Shown: piece after piece, positions 12,187-25,024 of the stretch | How the letters are laid out: every line of letters starts with the position of its first letter | Numbering within the stretch: the first letter of the stretch is position 1 | From: the human T2T-CHM13v2.0 reference genome, Homo sapiens | Length of the DNA stretch: 64,000 nt | Strand: one strand, 5' to 3' | NCBI RefSeq assembly: GCF_009914755.1 | Contig: NC_060928.1 | Made by a program: the position numbers and the translations under genes | Notes under the pieces: model-generated | Databases searched by the model: none | What the model saw: the letters and a program-made list of their open reading frames with translations, nothing else | What the model was told of the DNA's origin: nothing

Positions 12187-14772
12187 GAGATTTATGTATA
12201 GTGAGTAATTGTTATGATAGTGTTATACACAGGATACAATGGGACCACTTGACACTTGCAACAAATCCAATCTAAGGGGACCAGGGAAAGCGTCTAGAAA
12301 GAGAAACCATCTCAATTGATGTTAACCATGCAGAAAGGTTTCGGGTAGGGCAAGGATGTTCTAGGCATGCAGTTAGTTTGATTCCTGGGAGCGTCCCAGT
12401 CGGGTTTATTGTATGAAACTTGTCTGTTTGCAAGTTTCAGGATTACTGTTTTTTTTCCTTTTGCTTTATTCATTAAAAAACTCAGTGTACAACCCAATTT
12501 TTATCATTCACAAGTTATCTTTTCTCTATTGATTTAAAAAAGATAAATAGGTGGATATTTAATATATCATCTACCAGTATGGATGCTTACATAGCTCAAC
12601 AACAATTATGTTTTTTAATCATATAAATAATTGCTGCTACTCAACCACTAAAAGAAAGACCCTGTCCTACATATCTGGTATGGCCCAACCTTACCAATGC
12701 TGAGCATGAGAAGGAAACATTTTTCCCCCCTGAAGTGACAGCATGAGAAAGAAGTCAAATAGAAACAGTATGTAATTGACTATAACCATCTGAATGAGAT
12801 TTGTTTAGCAAGATTTGGTTCTCATGACCTAACAGAATTAGCCTGTCAACTGTTTTTTTGTGACCTACCAGCCTACTACAAAGATTCTGGCACTGACACA
12901 GGAGAAAAATCACACACTCACAGCAACAGCATTAATAATGAAACTCCCTCCGCAATAGGAGGAATTAATTGTGTACTGAGCACAGTCATTAATTATAAGA
13001 ACCAGAGGGCTTGTAGTTAATGAATATTCTTACAGGAAACAAAAACTAAACCCACCTCCAAGGTGCTGTGCTTGCCTAGCGAAACCACAGCTTCCTCCCT
13101 AGTTTACTTTACATCCAAGGTGAAAAACACTGCGTAATCTGACAGTAGCCATAGAAACTGTTGAAAATCAAATGTCTCAACTCCGTAAGAGGAGGTGGAT
13201 ACCTTAAGAGGTACCTAAATGTTATTAAAAGGCCATACATTCACAATTACAGAAGGTGAATGCTAAGGTATCTGATATCAAATATATCTGGTAAGTCACC
13301 AAATGTAATATGCTTCTAAGAAAGTGGAAGCATATGAGTCACAGGAAACAGAAACAAACAGAATTAAAATGATGTGCCCACTCAACTATTAACATAAAGC
13401 ACTTTGACATGTTCTTGGGAAATCAGATTCTTGTACAGATGCTTGTTTAGTAACAAATTGTAGAAATGTTACCTGAAAAGCTTCTGATCCCAAAACACAT
13501 TTTTAAGCTAATAATATGTTTAATATCTTTTCAGACATTGCTGTGATTTTGCACTTTCTTCAAAGTATTTTTCCATAAAAGTGTTAAAGTGTAACAGCTA
13601 AAGTAATTTACATTACTCATTTTCATTGTTTTTTCTCCCAATTATGTTGATCAAGATTTTGTGCTGAGTTTTTGCTTATTGTTTTTCTTATTAGGACTTT
13701 TAGGCATGTAGTTTTTTGTTTGCTGAAGTTAAACATTTATTGTCATTGTCCACAACTAATAAATTCAATAAAGCTTAAATTTTATTGTACCTTTTCAATC
13801 TTGAAAAACTGTAAGATTATAAATTTAAAGAAGGTCGAATCTGAACCTTAAATATTTTATTATATTTCATCAAGCTTTTGATGTCATGAGAATTAGAGTC
13901 ATTTTTAACTAATGGGAAATGACTAAATGTTCTTATAGAAAGAGTAATATTAATATTACTATTGAATAGTACCTTACACTCAATGATACTTACATATTCT
14001 TTTTTGTAAGACCAGAAATCGAATTTTCTAAATTTTACTTACTCTATATAGCATATAGAATGTATTTCATCAATATTTATTGAATAAATGGGTGACTGGT
14101 TAAATGCTAAGCAAAATGTAGAAGATAAAAATGCTTTAAAGCCTTTCTGGTGTGATTATCCATGTTATTTGATACAAAAGCTAGGACTATTTCTGTATAA
14201 TTTATCTTAATTGTGGCTAGTTAGTCTTTTCTAATTCATTTAGCCTTTCCTTAGTACTTTAAGGCTGTGTGTCATATTGATTACTATTCTATATTTCATG
14301 TTTTGTTTTCTTTTTTCCATTACATACAAATTGATCTTTGGACTTTTAAACTTACTTTAGTTTCCACTAAGTTTATAAAAAGTAAAATAAAATATCTTTC
14401 CCATTTTATTTTCATCTGGCAACATGGATCTTTAGGGTGCAGGATTTCCAGAGAAATGTTTATCCATCTAAATTTTCATATTTACAGCTTCGTTTTTGTA
14501 CAAAATTGTCAATATCAAGATGCTCAAACAATACATCATTCTATTTTTAATAATCACTCTTTCACATATTTTTATGTAAGTCCCTCATGTATGTTAAAAA
14601 CTTACTTACAAAATGGAGACATGTGGAGCCTATTTTTTTAATCCTAGGATGATCTTTCTTTAATAGACTACATAGTAGCTATAATTGATGGCAATATCCC
14701 ATTGTACAGACTTTCCTGTCTAAAATGCTTTGCATTGTATTGTGTGTATTTTACATTATAGTCATTGATTAT

Positions 14773-17076
14773 TGTGTTAGTCCATTTTCATATTGCTATT
14801 AAAAAAACCTGAGACAGGGTAATTTATATAGAAAAAGAGGTTTGATGGACTCACAGTTCCACATGGCTGGGGAGGCCTCACAATCAAGGCAGAAGATGAA
14901 GAAGGAGCAAAGCCACGTCTTACATGGTGGCAGGCAAGAGAGCATGTGCAGGGGAACTGCCCTTTATAAAACCATCAGATCTTGTGAGACTTATTCACTA
15001 TCATGAGAACAGCATGGGAAAAATCCCTCCCCATGATTCAATTTATCTCCCACTGGGTCCCTCCCACAATGCATGGGTATTATGGAAGCTACAATTCAAA
15101 ATGAGATTTGGGTCAGGACAATGCCAAACCATATTATTTCACCCCGGCCCCTTCCAAATCTCATGTCCTCACATTTCAAAACCAATCATGCCTTCCCAAC
15201 AGTCCCCCAAAGTCTTCATTCATTTCAGCATTAACTCAAGAGTCCACAGTCTGAAATCTCATCTGAGACAAGGCAAGTCCCTTCTGTCTATGAACCTGTA
15301 AAATCAAAAGCAAATTAGTTACTTCCTAGATATAATGCAGGCACAGGAATTGGGTAAATACAGCCATTCCAAATGGGAGACATTGGCCATAACAAAGGGG
15401 CTACGGGCCTCACGCAAGTCCGAAATCCAGTGGAGCAGTCAAATATTAAAGCTCCGAAGTGATCTCCTTTGACTCCATATCTCACATCCAGGTCACACTG
15501 ATGCAAGAGGTGGGTCCCCATGGTGGTGGGCAGCTCCATCCCTGTGGCTTTGCAGGGTACAGCCTCTCTTCCAGCTGCTTCCATGGGCTGATTTTGAAGG
15601 TCTGTGGCTTTTTCTCATGCACAGTGCAAGCTGTCAGTGAATCTACCATTCTGGGGTCTGCAGGAGAGTAGCCCTCTTCTCACAGCTCCACTAGGCAGTG
15701 CCCAAGTGGAGACACTGTGTGGGGGGTCCCACCCCACATTTCCCTTCTGCACCACCCTAGCAGAGGTTCTCTATGAAGGCTGTGCCCCTGCCTGCACATC
15801 CATGTGTTTTCATACATTCTCTGCAATCTAGGTGGAGGTTCCCAAACCTCAATCCTTGACTTCTCTGCACCTTCAAGCCCAACACCACATGTAAGCCACA
15901 GGCTTGGGGCTTGCACCCTCTGAAACAATGGCCTGAACTATACATTGGTCCCTTTTAGCCATGGTTGGGACACAGAGCACCAAGCCTTGAAACAGCACAA
16001 AGCAGCAAGGCCCCCATGAAACTATTTTTTCCTCCTAGGCTTCCCAGCTGGTGATGGGAGGCACTGCTGGGAAGACCTCTGACATGCTCTGGAGGCATTT
16101 TCTCCATTGTCTTGGCAGTTAACATTTGGCTGCTTATTACTTATGCAAATTTCTGCCACCAGCTTGAATTTCTCCTCAGAAAATGAGGTTTTTTTTCTTT
16201 TCTATTTCATCATCAGCCTGCAAATTTTTGAACTTTTATGCTCTGCTTCCCTTTTAAACATAAGCTCCAATTCCAAGCCATATCTTTGTGAATTAATAAA
16301 ACTGAATGCTTTTAAGAGCACCCAAGTGATATCTTGAACTCTCTGCTGCTTAGAAATTTCTTCTGCCAGGTATCCTAAATCATTTCTCTCAAGTTCAAAG
16401 TTCCACAGATCTCTAGGGCGGGGCAAAATGCCACCAGTCTCTTTGCTAAAGCATATCAAGAATCACCTTTGCTCCAGTTCCCAATATGTTCCTCATCTCC
16501 ATCTGAGACCATCTCAGCCTGGACTTTTTGGTCAAAACCATTTGACAAGTCTCCAGGAAGCTCCAAATTTTCTGACATATTCCCGTCTTCTTCAGAGCCC
16601 TCCAAACTGTTCCCACCTCTGCCCGTTACCCAGTTCCAAAGTCGCTTCCACATTTTCAGGTGTCTTAATAGCAGTAGCCCACTCTATTGATAACCATACC
16701 CCACTCTGTTGGTAAAAGCTATATTAGTCCATTTTTATGCAGCTATGAAATAGCTGGGTAATTTATAAAGAAAAAGAGGTTTAATGGACTCACAGTTCCA
16801 CATGGCTGGGGGAGCTTCACAATCGTGGCAGAAGGTGAAGAAAGAGCAAAGCCACATCTTACACGGCGACAAGCAAGACAGCATGTGCAGGGGAACTGCC
16901 CTTTATAAAACCATCAGATCTTGTGAGAACTCACTTACTATCATGAGAACAGCATGGGAAAAAACCCACCCCCGTGATTCAATTACCTTCCACTGGGTCT
17001 CTCTCACAACATGTGGGGATTATGGGAGGTACCATTCAAGATGAGGTTTGGGTGGGGACACAGCCAAACCATATTA
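14773..17076 (-). mobile_element. Complete THE1C-like MaLR element: LTR 14773-15136, internal region, LTR 16720-17076
   Basis: Two homologous ~360-bp LTRs ending ccaaaccatat(t)a with THE1-int between them; 5-bp TSD ATTAT at 14768-14772 and 17077-17081. Confidence 0.93.
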
Positions 17077-18060
17077 ATTATATTTTGAATTTGAATGGAC
17101 ATATCTTCCAGTTATGTGTACTTCATCACTAGATATTATAAATATATCTCTAGTATATGTATCTTTTCTGTTTTCTTTGTATGCAAGTTTTTTTATATTT
17201 TAAATAGTCATTTTCTATTCTAAATAGTTATGAATATTAATAGTTGTGAATAGTCCAGTACACTTTTCCTGTTCCTTTTTTTCATGCTACATTTAGAGAC
17301 TACCACAATTATGGCTTATGATTAACCAATGTTTTCTAATATTTGAGATAGTACTATGTGTTTCATTACTTGCAAGTTTTCTCTTCTCTTTTTGTTAAAA
17401 ATTAATGTCATACTATAATAATATGTCAGGTGTATCTTGAATTCCTATTTTCGTTGGAGGAAGACTTAATTTTGAAATCCCCAAATCTCATTATTATTAT
17501 TTTATTGTTATTATAAAACACTATTAAATCTTATGAATATTACTTCATTTTTCCTCATTTGAGAATATCATTAAGGTTTTTCCCTGCAGTCAATTTATTA
17601 GCTTTTATAAGCCCAAAGCATAAGCTTTGCAACTTAATTAGTAGAAACCTAACAACACAGTCATGAGCTAACACCAGGTATTATTTACTAAGGCAGAAAG
17701 CCCAAAGCCATTTATTTTCACACAAAACGAAAACTAGACCTAGAATTATTGTACACAAGGGTGTATTACTGAAGTCAGTAGTAGTTCCGTCATGTCTTTC
17801 ATCCAAAGGACCTTAGTTTTATGGTTTTAGTATGTTCTAGTATGTTCTGCAAGTGATATCTCCTCTCAGATTTATTATTCAAGGAATTGATCACCTTTTA
17901 TAAATTATAGTAATTTTTAAAATTCTATAAGTAAATGTAGTTAAGAGGTATTTTTATTATTACGTGTTATTAATGTTTAATTTCAAACTTTTTATCTTTT
18001 AGAGATGCTTAAAGTCTCATATAATTAAAACTATGTATTATTAATTATTTCTTTCTCTAG

Positions 18061-20049
18061 GTCTAAAATCCAAAAGCATTAATGTACTGATAAGAGACAT
18101 AGTAAGAGAACAATTTAAAATTTTTCAAAATGACATGCAAGAGACTGTAGCACAGCTCTTCAAGACTGTATCAAGTCTATCAGAGGACCTCGAAAGCACC
18201 AGGCAAATAATTCAAAAAGTTAATGAATCTGTGGTTTCAATAGCAGCCCAGCAAAAGTTTGTTTTGGTGCAAGAGAATCGGCCCACTTTGACTGATATAG
18301 TGGAACTAAGGAATCACATTGTGAATGTAAGGCAAGAAATGACTCTTACATGTGAGAAGCCTATTAAAGAACTAGAAGTAAAGCAGACTCATTTAGAAGG
18401 TGCTCTAGAACAGGAACACTCAAGAAGCATTCTGTATTATGAATCCCTCAATAAAACTCTTTCTAAATTGAAGGAAGTACATGAGCAGCTTTTATCAACT
18501 GAACAGGTATCAGACCAGAAGAATGCTCCAGCTGCTGAGTCAGTTAGCAATAATGTCACTGAGTACATGTCTACTTTACATGAAAATATAAAGAAGCAGA
18601 GTTTGATGATGCTGCAAATGTTTGAAGATTTGCACATTCAAGAAAGCAAGATTAACAATCTCACCGTCTCTTTGGAGATGGAGAAAGAGTCTCTCAGAGG
18701 TGAATGTGAAGACATGTTATCCAAATGCAGAAATGATTTTAAATTTCAACTTAAGGACACAGAAGAGAATTTACATGTGTTAAATCAAACATTGGCTGAA
18801 GTTCTCTTTCCAATGGACAATAAGATGGACAAAATGAGTGAGCAACTAAATGATTTGACTTATGATATGGAGATCCTTCAACCCTTGCTTGAGCAGGGAG
18901 CATCACTCAGACAGACAATGACATATGAACAACCAAAGGAAGCAATAGTGATAAGGAAAAAGATAGAAAATCTGACTAGTGCTGTCAATAGTCTAAATTT
19001 TATTATCAAAGAACTTACAAAAAGACACAACTTACTTAGAAATGAAGTACAGGGTCGTGATGATGCCTTAGAAAGACGTATCAATGAATATGCCTTAGAA
19101 ATGGAAGATGGCCTCAATAAGACAATGACTATTATAAATAATGCTATTGATTTCATTCAAGATAACTATGCCCTAAAAGAGACTTTAAGTACTATTAAGG
19201 ATAATAGTGAGATCCATCATAAATGTACCTCCGATATGGAAACTATTTTGACATTTATTCCTCAGTTCCACCGTCTGAATGATTCTATTCAGACTTTGGT
19301 CAATGACAATCAGAGATATAACTTTGTTTTGCAAGTCGCCAAGACCCTTGCAGGTATTCCCAGAGATGAGAAACTAAATCAGTCCAACTTCCAAAAGATG
19401 TATCAAATGTTCAATGAAACCACTTCCCAAGTGAGAAAATACCAGCAAAATATGAGTCATTTGGAAGAAAAACTACTCTTAACTACCAAGATTTCCAAAA
19501 ATTTTGAGACTCGGTTGCAAGACATTGAGTCTAAAGTTACCCAGACGCTCATACCTTATTATATTTCAGTTAAAAAAGACAGTGTAGTTACAAATGAGAG
19601 AGATCAGGCTCTTCAACTGCAAGTATTAAATTCCAGATTTAAGGCGTTGGAAGCAAAATCTATCCATCTTTCAATTAACTTCTTTTCGCTTAACAAAACT
19701 CTCCACGAAGTTTTAACAATGTGTCACAATGCTTCTACAAGTGTGTCAGAACTGAATGCTACCATCCCTAAGTGGATAAAACATTCCCTGCCAGATATTC
19801 AACTTCTTCAGAAAGGTCTAACAGAATTTGTGGAACCAATAATTCAAATAAAAACTCAAGCTGCCCTATCTAATTTAACTTGTTGTATAGATCGATCGTT
19901 GCCTGGTAGTCTGGCAAATGTTGTCAAGTCTCAGAAGCAAGTAAAATCATTGCCAAAGAAAATTAACGCACTTAAGAAACCAACGGTAAATCTTACCACA
20001 GTCCTGATAGGCCGGACTCAAAGAAACACGGACAACATAATATATCCTG
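18061..20049 (+). CDS. MMRN1: MMRN1 large internal exon (probably exon 6): long coiled-coil region with many N-X-S/T sequons
   Basis: Acceptor tttctttctcTAG at 18058-18060; open frame (G)LKSKSINVLIRDIVREQFKIFQNDMQETVAQ...NIIYP; donor CTG|GTAAGC at 20050; 1989 nt, phase 1-1; corresponds to the 647-aa ORF 18135-20078. Confidence 0.97.
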
Positions 20050-21724
20050 GTAAGCTGTTACTGAAAAGTAACTTTTAATCTCTCTTTTTACTTAAATGAT
20101 ATTTAATAGATCTGTACAGTTGAGCAAGACCATTAAACATAAAACTACATACTTGAACTTGGATAGATAGTCAAGTTGTGAAGATCACTGACATTATTTA
20201 AATCTGAATCTATCTTACAGTATTTCAGACATCAATACAAAACAAATATTTCTAGTGTATATTTGGCTATGTGTTTTTAAAATTTTTCTGACTAGACCTC
20301 TATAAAATAATTAAATTTGCTCCTATGGAACAATTTGCTTTGCACAAGTAATTAAACAAAGCTATTAGGCAAGGAGATCTTTAATAGACCAGATTTACTT
20401 ATTTTGGCATTTTACCATATCTGATATGCAATAGGAACTCAGTAAATACCTGTTGAATGATCATCTGACAATGAATGTTCAGGAAATAGATTTGGGTAAA
20501 TCATAGAAGGCCATCAATGCCAAGCTAAGTACTTAGACATGATTTTGTAAAGAGTAGGGTGTCTGAAAATTGGTATCAGTGGATTGGTTGTGATAAGAGC
20601 TGCAACTCAGAAGCATGAAGCTAGCAATAGTGTGTAGTGTGATTGCAGAGGTGATATTAGGGATGTTACTGAATGAATATTGGCAAGAGCCATAGAGGAA
20701 GCTCTAAGGCTGATGTGAGAAATGTTGGAAAGTTCCCATCAACAGAAACAGAGGGAGAGTGGCAAGAAAAATGATTTGAGGAACATCAAATCTTGATTCT
20801 GGTCCTAGATGTATTAGTAAGTTTCTGTGTTAGTTAATAGCACTAGGTAAAAAGTTCACCTCTCTAGGCCTTAGTTTCTTCCTTTTAAGTGATGAGATTG
20901 CAGTAGGTGATTTGCTGAGGTGCTTAGTAGAGATATGCCGAAGACTGCTTCACTGTAAAAAAATCCACGATCTGTTCACAGCCTTAATGCATGACACTTG
21001 GAGAAGAGAGAGATCTAGACTTTCCCGATGTTTTGAATTTGGGAAATGACAGAATAGTGGTACCATTAACAGATGTTCTAAACACCAAGGAAGAAGCATG
21101 TATTTGGGAAGAAAGAGGAATTGTGTGGTGCATATAAATTGCATAATAGTACCTCTGTATGAAGGAAGTGTTTTATGAATATGGTTGTCATATAAGTAAT
21201 ATTGAATAATCTTTTCTAAATATGAATATCTCTTCATTCTTACAAAAAGTAATGGCTGTGTTTTTCTCATATGAGTCTGCTGTTAAATTATAGCCCATTT
21301 GTATGAATTTTGTACTTTATTTCTTTTTAATTACAAAGGATGATCATTATTCTAACATAATATGACTTCATATTTAATGTATGAATGTTTTGATAATATT
21401 AAAAATAACAGAATAATAGAGTTGAATTATCTCTACTATTTAAATTAGTATATTTATTTATGACTCCCCCAGAGTAATCTGACCTAATAGAACTAATTTT
21501 ACTTCTGTAGGAACATAGAAGAAACTATTTAGACGTATATGTTTCCCAGAGAAAGGTAGTATCTCAATATAAGATGTTCTTAAAATAACAATTTTGGGAG
21601 ATATAAGGAGTTGTTTTTTCCATACTATTTCCATTATTGGTCTTCATGTGGACACTTCATCATGATCTTCAATTAGCTATACAGCATGTGTGACCACACA
21701 CCAGGCAAGCTATGTCATTTTTTA

Positions 21725-21726
<2 letters not shown>

Positions 21727-21766
<40 letters not shown>

Positions 21767-21780
21767 AAATATATATATAT
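21727..21780. repeat. (TA)n microsatellite
   Basis: Long TA run, a short ttaaaa interruption, then a second TA run. Confidence 0.95.
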
Positions 21781-22184
21781 GCTATTTTCATAGTAAGTAT
21801 AAAATTGAAATACCCTCAAATAAATTGAGGAAAAACATTTATAGAACATTAAGAACTTGCAAACTTTGATAATATAATGAATGCATGTTAGGACATTATA
21901 AAAATTGTATCTAGATACTTATTGTGATTGACTCAATATTGGGCTTAATAGACTAATAATAGGAAATAACTCAGTTTTGATTCTTATTTTCCAATAAGGC
22001 TTTGATAACATTGCTTCCTGTTCCTTTATTTACTGACTGTAGAACTTTTTATGTTCCTGTCTACCAAAAATAACTATTAAAGTTCTTTATTTTATTTAAG
22101 CAAAGATACCAATAATGATGCCAAGGTAATAAAGATATACTGACCTAATTCCCACGTGCAAGGTAGATATTCCTTTTATGCCAG

Positions 22185-22260
22185 GCCGGGCCAGCAACAT
22201 AATGTATGGGACCCTTTTAAGTGGGTGCATAGGTTTGCATGCCCATTAAGCCAGCCATAC
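22185..22260 (-). mobile_element. Internally deleted MER45A-like (hAT-Tip100) element retaining both ends
   Basis: gggccagcaacataatgtatgggaccc and gcataggtttgcatgcccattaagccagcc resemble the two MER45A termini as I recall them. Confidence 0.45.
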
Positions 22261-22694
22261 TTCCATGGGCCATAGAACAGATGTCAATCATTGGGCAGCT
22301 CAGCAGGCAAGGTCTATGAAAGATGATGAAACCAGTGGACTCAGGCTAAGTTCTCCTGTAAGAATAGAACAATTGCAGAATAAACTACTACTTTTGATAC
22401 CCTGTTTTATACCAGGGGTGGGACACACTGTTTAAATTTGGCTGTTTCATTTCACCTTTGATATTGTATAAGTATTATACAGCCACATTGCTCTCCCACA
22501 TAACTAAAGCCAGAAGATAATTTATCATCATCTTATGAATCTCAGAGTCATATTATTCAGATTCTAGCTGCCATCATTTGCAAAATAAGTACAGTATATA
22601 GAAAAAAGCATATAAATTTAGTGTTTTAATCTTAATTTTAATAACTGATAACTTACTTTGAAGCCTGATAATATGAATACCGTAATAATACGAC

Positions 22695-22930
22695 ATTGGT
22701 TAGTATTCATTAACATTTACTATATCTCAGGCACTGTGAAAATTCCCAATATTCATAACTTCATTTAACAATACCTGTGAGGTAAGTATTATTATTTATT
22801 CTGAAGATGAGTAAACTGACCCTCGGAGACATTAACTAAAGTATCCTGCCTAAGGTCATTCAACTAGTAAGTGATAGAGCTTGGCTTCTGGCCAGCTAGA
22901 CTCAGGGCTCAGTCCTCAACCACATGCTCA
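22695..22930 (-). mobile_element. MIR SINE
   Basis: gatgagtaaactgac...aaggtcattcaactagtaagtgatagagc, the MIR core in reverse orientation. Confidence 0.8.
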
Positions 22931-23796
22931 AAGAAATTATAGAGTGTGTTCACATGCCTTTCTCTTCTTTCTGTTTCTGTTTCATGCATCATATGTTCTT
23001 CAGTCTGGCCATATCTGAATATTCCATATGGCTGGAGCCGATATTTTTAGGGAGTTTCTTTTCTTGAAGATCCAAATACTGACAAGTTGTTTCTGCACAT
23101 GAGGAAGTAGAGGTGCTACTTTTCAGTTTGGCTTTTTTGGGATATGGCCAGTGGGTACTTATTGAAAGTCACCATCAGATAGTCACAAGATCTTCCTTTG
23201 ACTGACGAAGAAGAGGGACAAAATTCATTATTCTCATCCCTGCCACTTCCTTTTGAGCCATTCCTACATTCATTCATGCTATTTCTGATTCCTAGTAGGC
23301 CACTGATGATAAGATATTCTGGTTCAATTGCTAAATATTTGATTTGTTTCTAAACAATATTCTAATAGACACCAAGAGGTTTTTATTTCATCTTTGAAGA
23401 TTTGTTTGTACAGCAATTGGCAGACTTATCCCTGCAGAGAGCTTTTGGCTGCTTGCCCTTCCAAAAGCAGCTGAATCCTGACTTAACACAATGTCAGCAG
23501 CTCACTGCTGAGCATGTGCACCTCCTGCTTGTAAAACCATTGGCTTTTTATTTCAACTTTTTCTCTAATGTTTATCAATTTAGCTCCCCTTCATAAACCT
23601 CTCTTATTAATAATTATTCCTGTACTCCCAAGAAAGATTACTTTCTATAAAACATTTGGTAGTGTTTTAAAATGTAATTTTAAAAATTATCATTGATGTG
23701 AATATATGCTATTTAAAAGAGAAAAAATGAGGACCTAGTGAATATTTAACTGTCTTATATCACATTGAAACCATTTCTAAATTTTGTGACTCTGCA

Positions 23797-24000
23797 TAGA
23801 GGCAGCTGTGATGACTAATGAGCCCTGAATTTGGAATCAGGACACCAGGGTTCAAGTCCTGCCTGGCAATATATTTATTTGTAATAAGTCATTTATTTTT
23901 CTAGGCCTTTCTTTCCTCATTTATAAAATAAGAATAACATACAAACCTTATAAGTTTATTTTGAGAATCAAGAATATAATCTGCAGATAGTGTATTAAGT
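23797..24000 (+). mobile_element. MIR SINE
   Basis: ttggaatcaggacaccagggttcaagtcc...tttcctcatttataaaataagaataa. Confidence 0.75.
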
Positions 24001-24461
24001 TATTACTATATGATGCAATTTTCTTAGCTATATTCAATGTATATGCTTTTATTTTCTCAACATTTTCACTTAATATTTGATATATAATTATTTCCATGCA
24101 TCAACATAGTTTACAAACTTATAGCATCTCATTGTTACTTATTATTACTTTGATAATTCACTGTGTTTTAAACTCCGCATATGCTTATAACTTAGCTTAT
24201 GGTCATCATGCAATGATAAATCAAAAAGAATAGGATACAAAATATAAAGACTGTGTAAAAACATGTGCATTGATAAGCACTGAAAATAAATGTCAAAGAA
24301 TGGTTTTCTCCAAGCGATTTTCTACTATTTATATGATTTTCCATATTATAAAATATTTTCAAATATACCTCAAGATAACTAATAGGTTATCTTCTGTACA
24401 AAATGGCTGAATATAAGCCCGTTAAATTTTGAAAGCTATCTGCTTCAATTTAGAGTTTAGA

Positions 24462-25024
24462 TGTGTTTTAGAAGTCCCCCAAATACGTGTACGCATTTGG
24501 TAATTCAATAGAAGTGCTCACAGGATCTGGCATATCCATAGTGTTCACATCTGTGGCTTATTATGGCAAAAAGTTCGTAACAGGATCAGCTAAGGAAAAA
24601 GATACAAGCAGAGTCTGGAGAAATTTAGGCACAGGATTTTTTATGTTTATCCCTCCCATGAAGGACAACATTTCTGTGTGCTCTTTTTTTCTAGTCACAC
24701 ACACATACACAAAATTAGTAACGTGTACATTAATTCTGCCCATACAAGCCCATCAGATACTCAGCACTTAGTTTTATTGGGGGCTGGTCACATAAGCATC
24801 CTCTGCCTAGGACATACCAAAACTCCATACTCTCAGAAGGGAAGCAGATATTCAGCATAAATCATATTGTTTGTACAAAGAGTCTGGGCATGGTGAATGA
24901 CACTTACCAGTTAGGGAATGGAGAGAAGTCAAGTTCCCAGATGCTAACCAACTGCAAAATTTTCCAAGTAGGCCTTTCTAAAGATATCAGTCTCTGGCCT
25001 ACTATGTTCACTCTTCTCTGCAGA
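24462..25024 (-). mobile_element. Solo LTR of the MER77/MER68/MER21 group
   Basis: Right end aggcctttctaaagatatcagtctctggcctactatgttcactcttctctgca is the reverse complement of this group's start; internal ttttattgggggctggtcacata. Confidence 0.75.

Noticed and set aside
14924-17044. Cluster of 60-125 aa ORFs
   Set aside because: All lie within the THE1C LTRs and internal region; no intact product.
18437-19156. Minus-strand ORFs overlapping the large exon (and 34832-35059 over the EGF exon)
   Set aside because: Antisense shadows of real coding sequence, with no independent gene signals.
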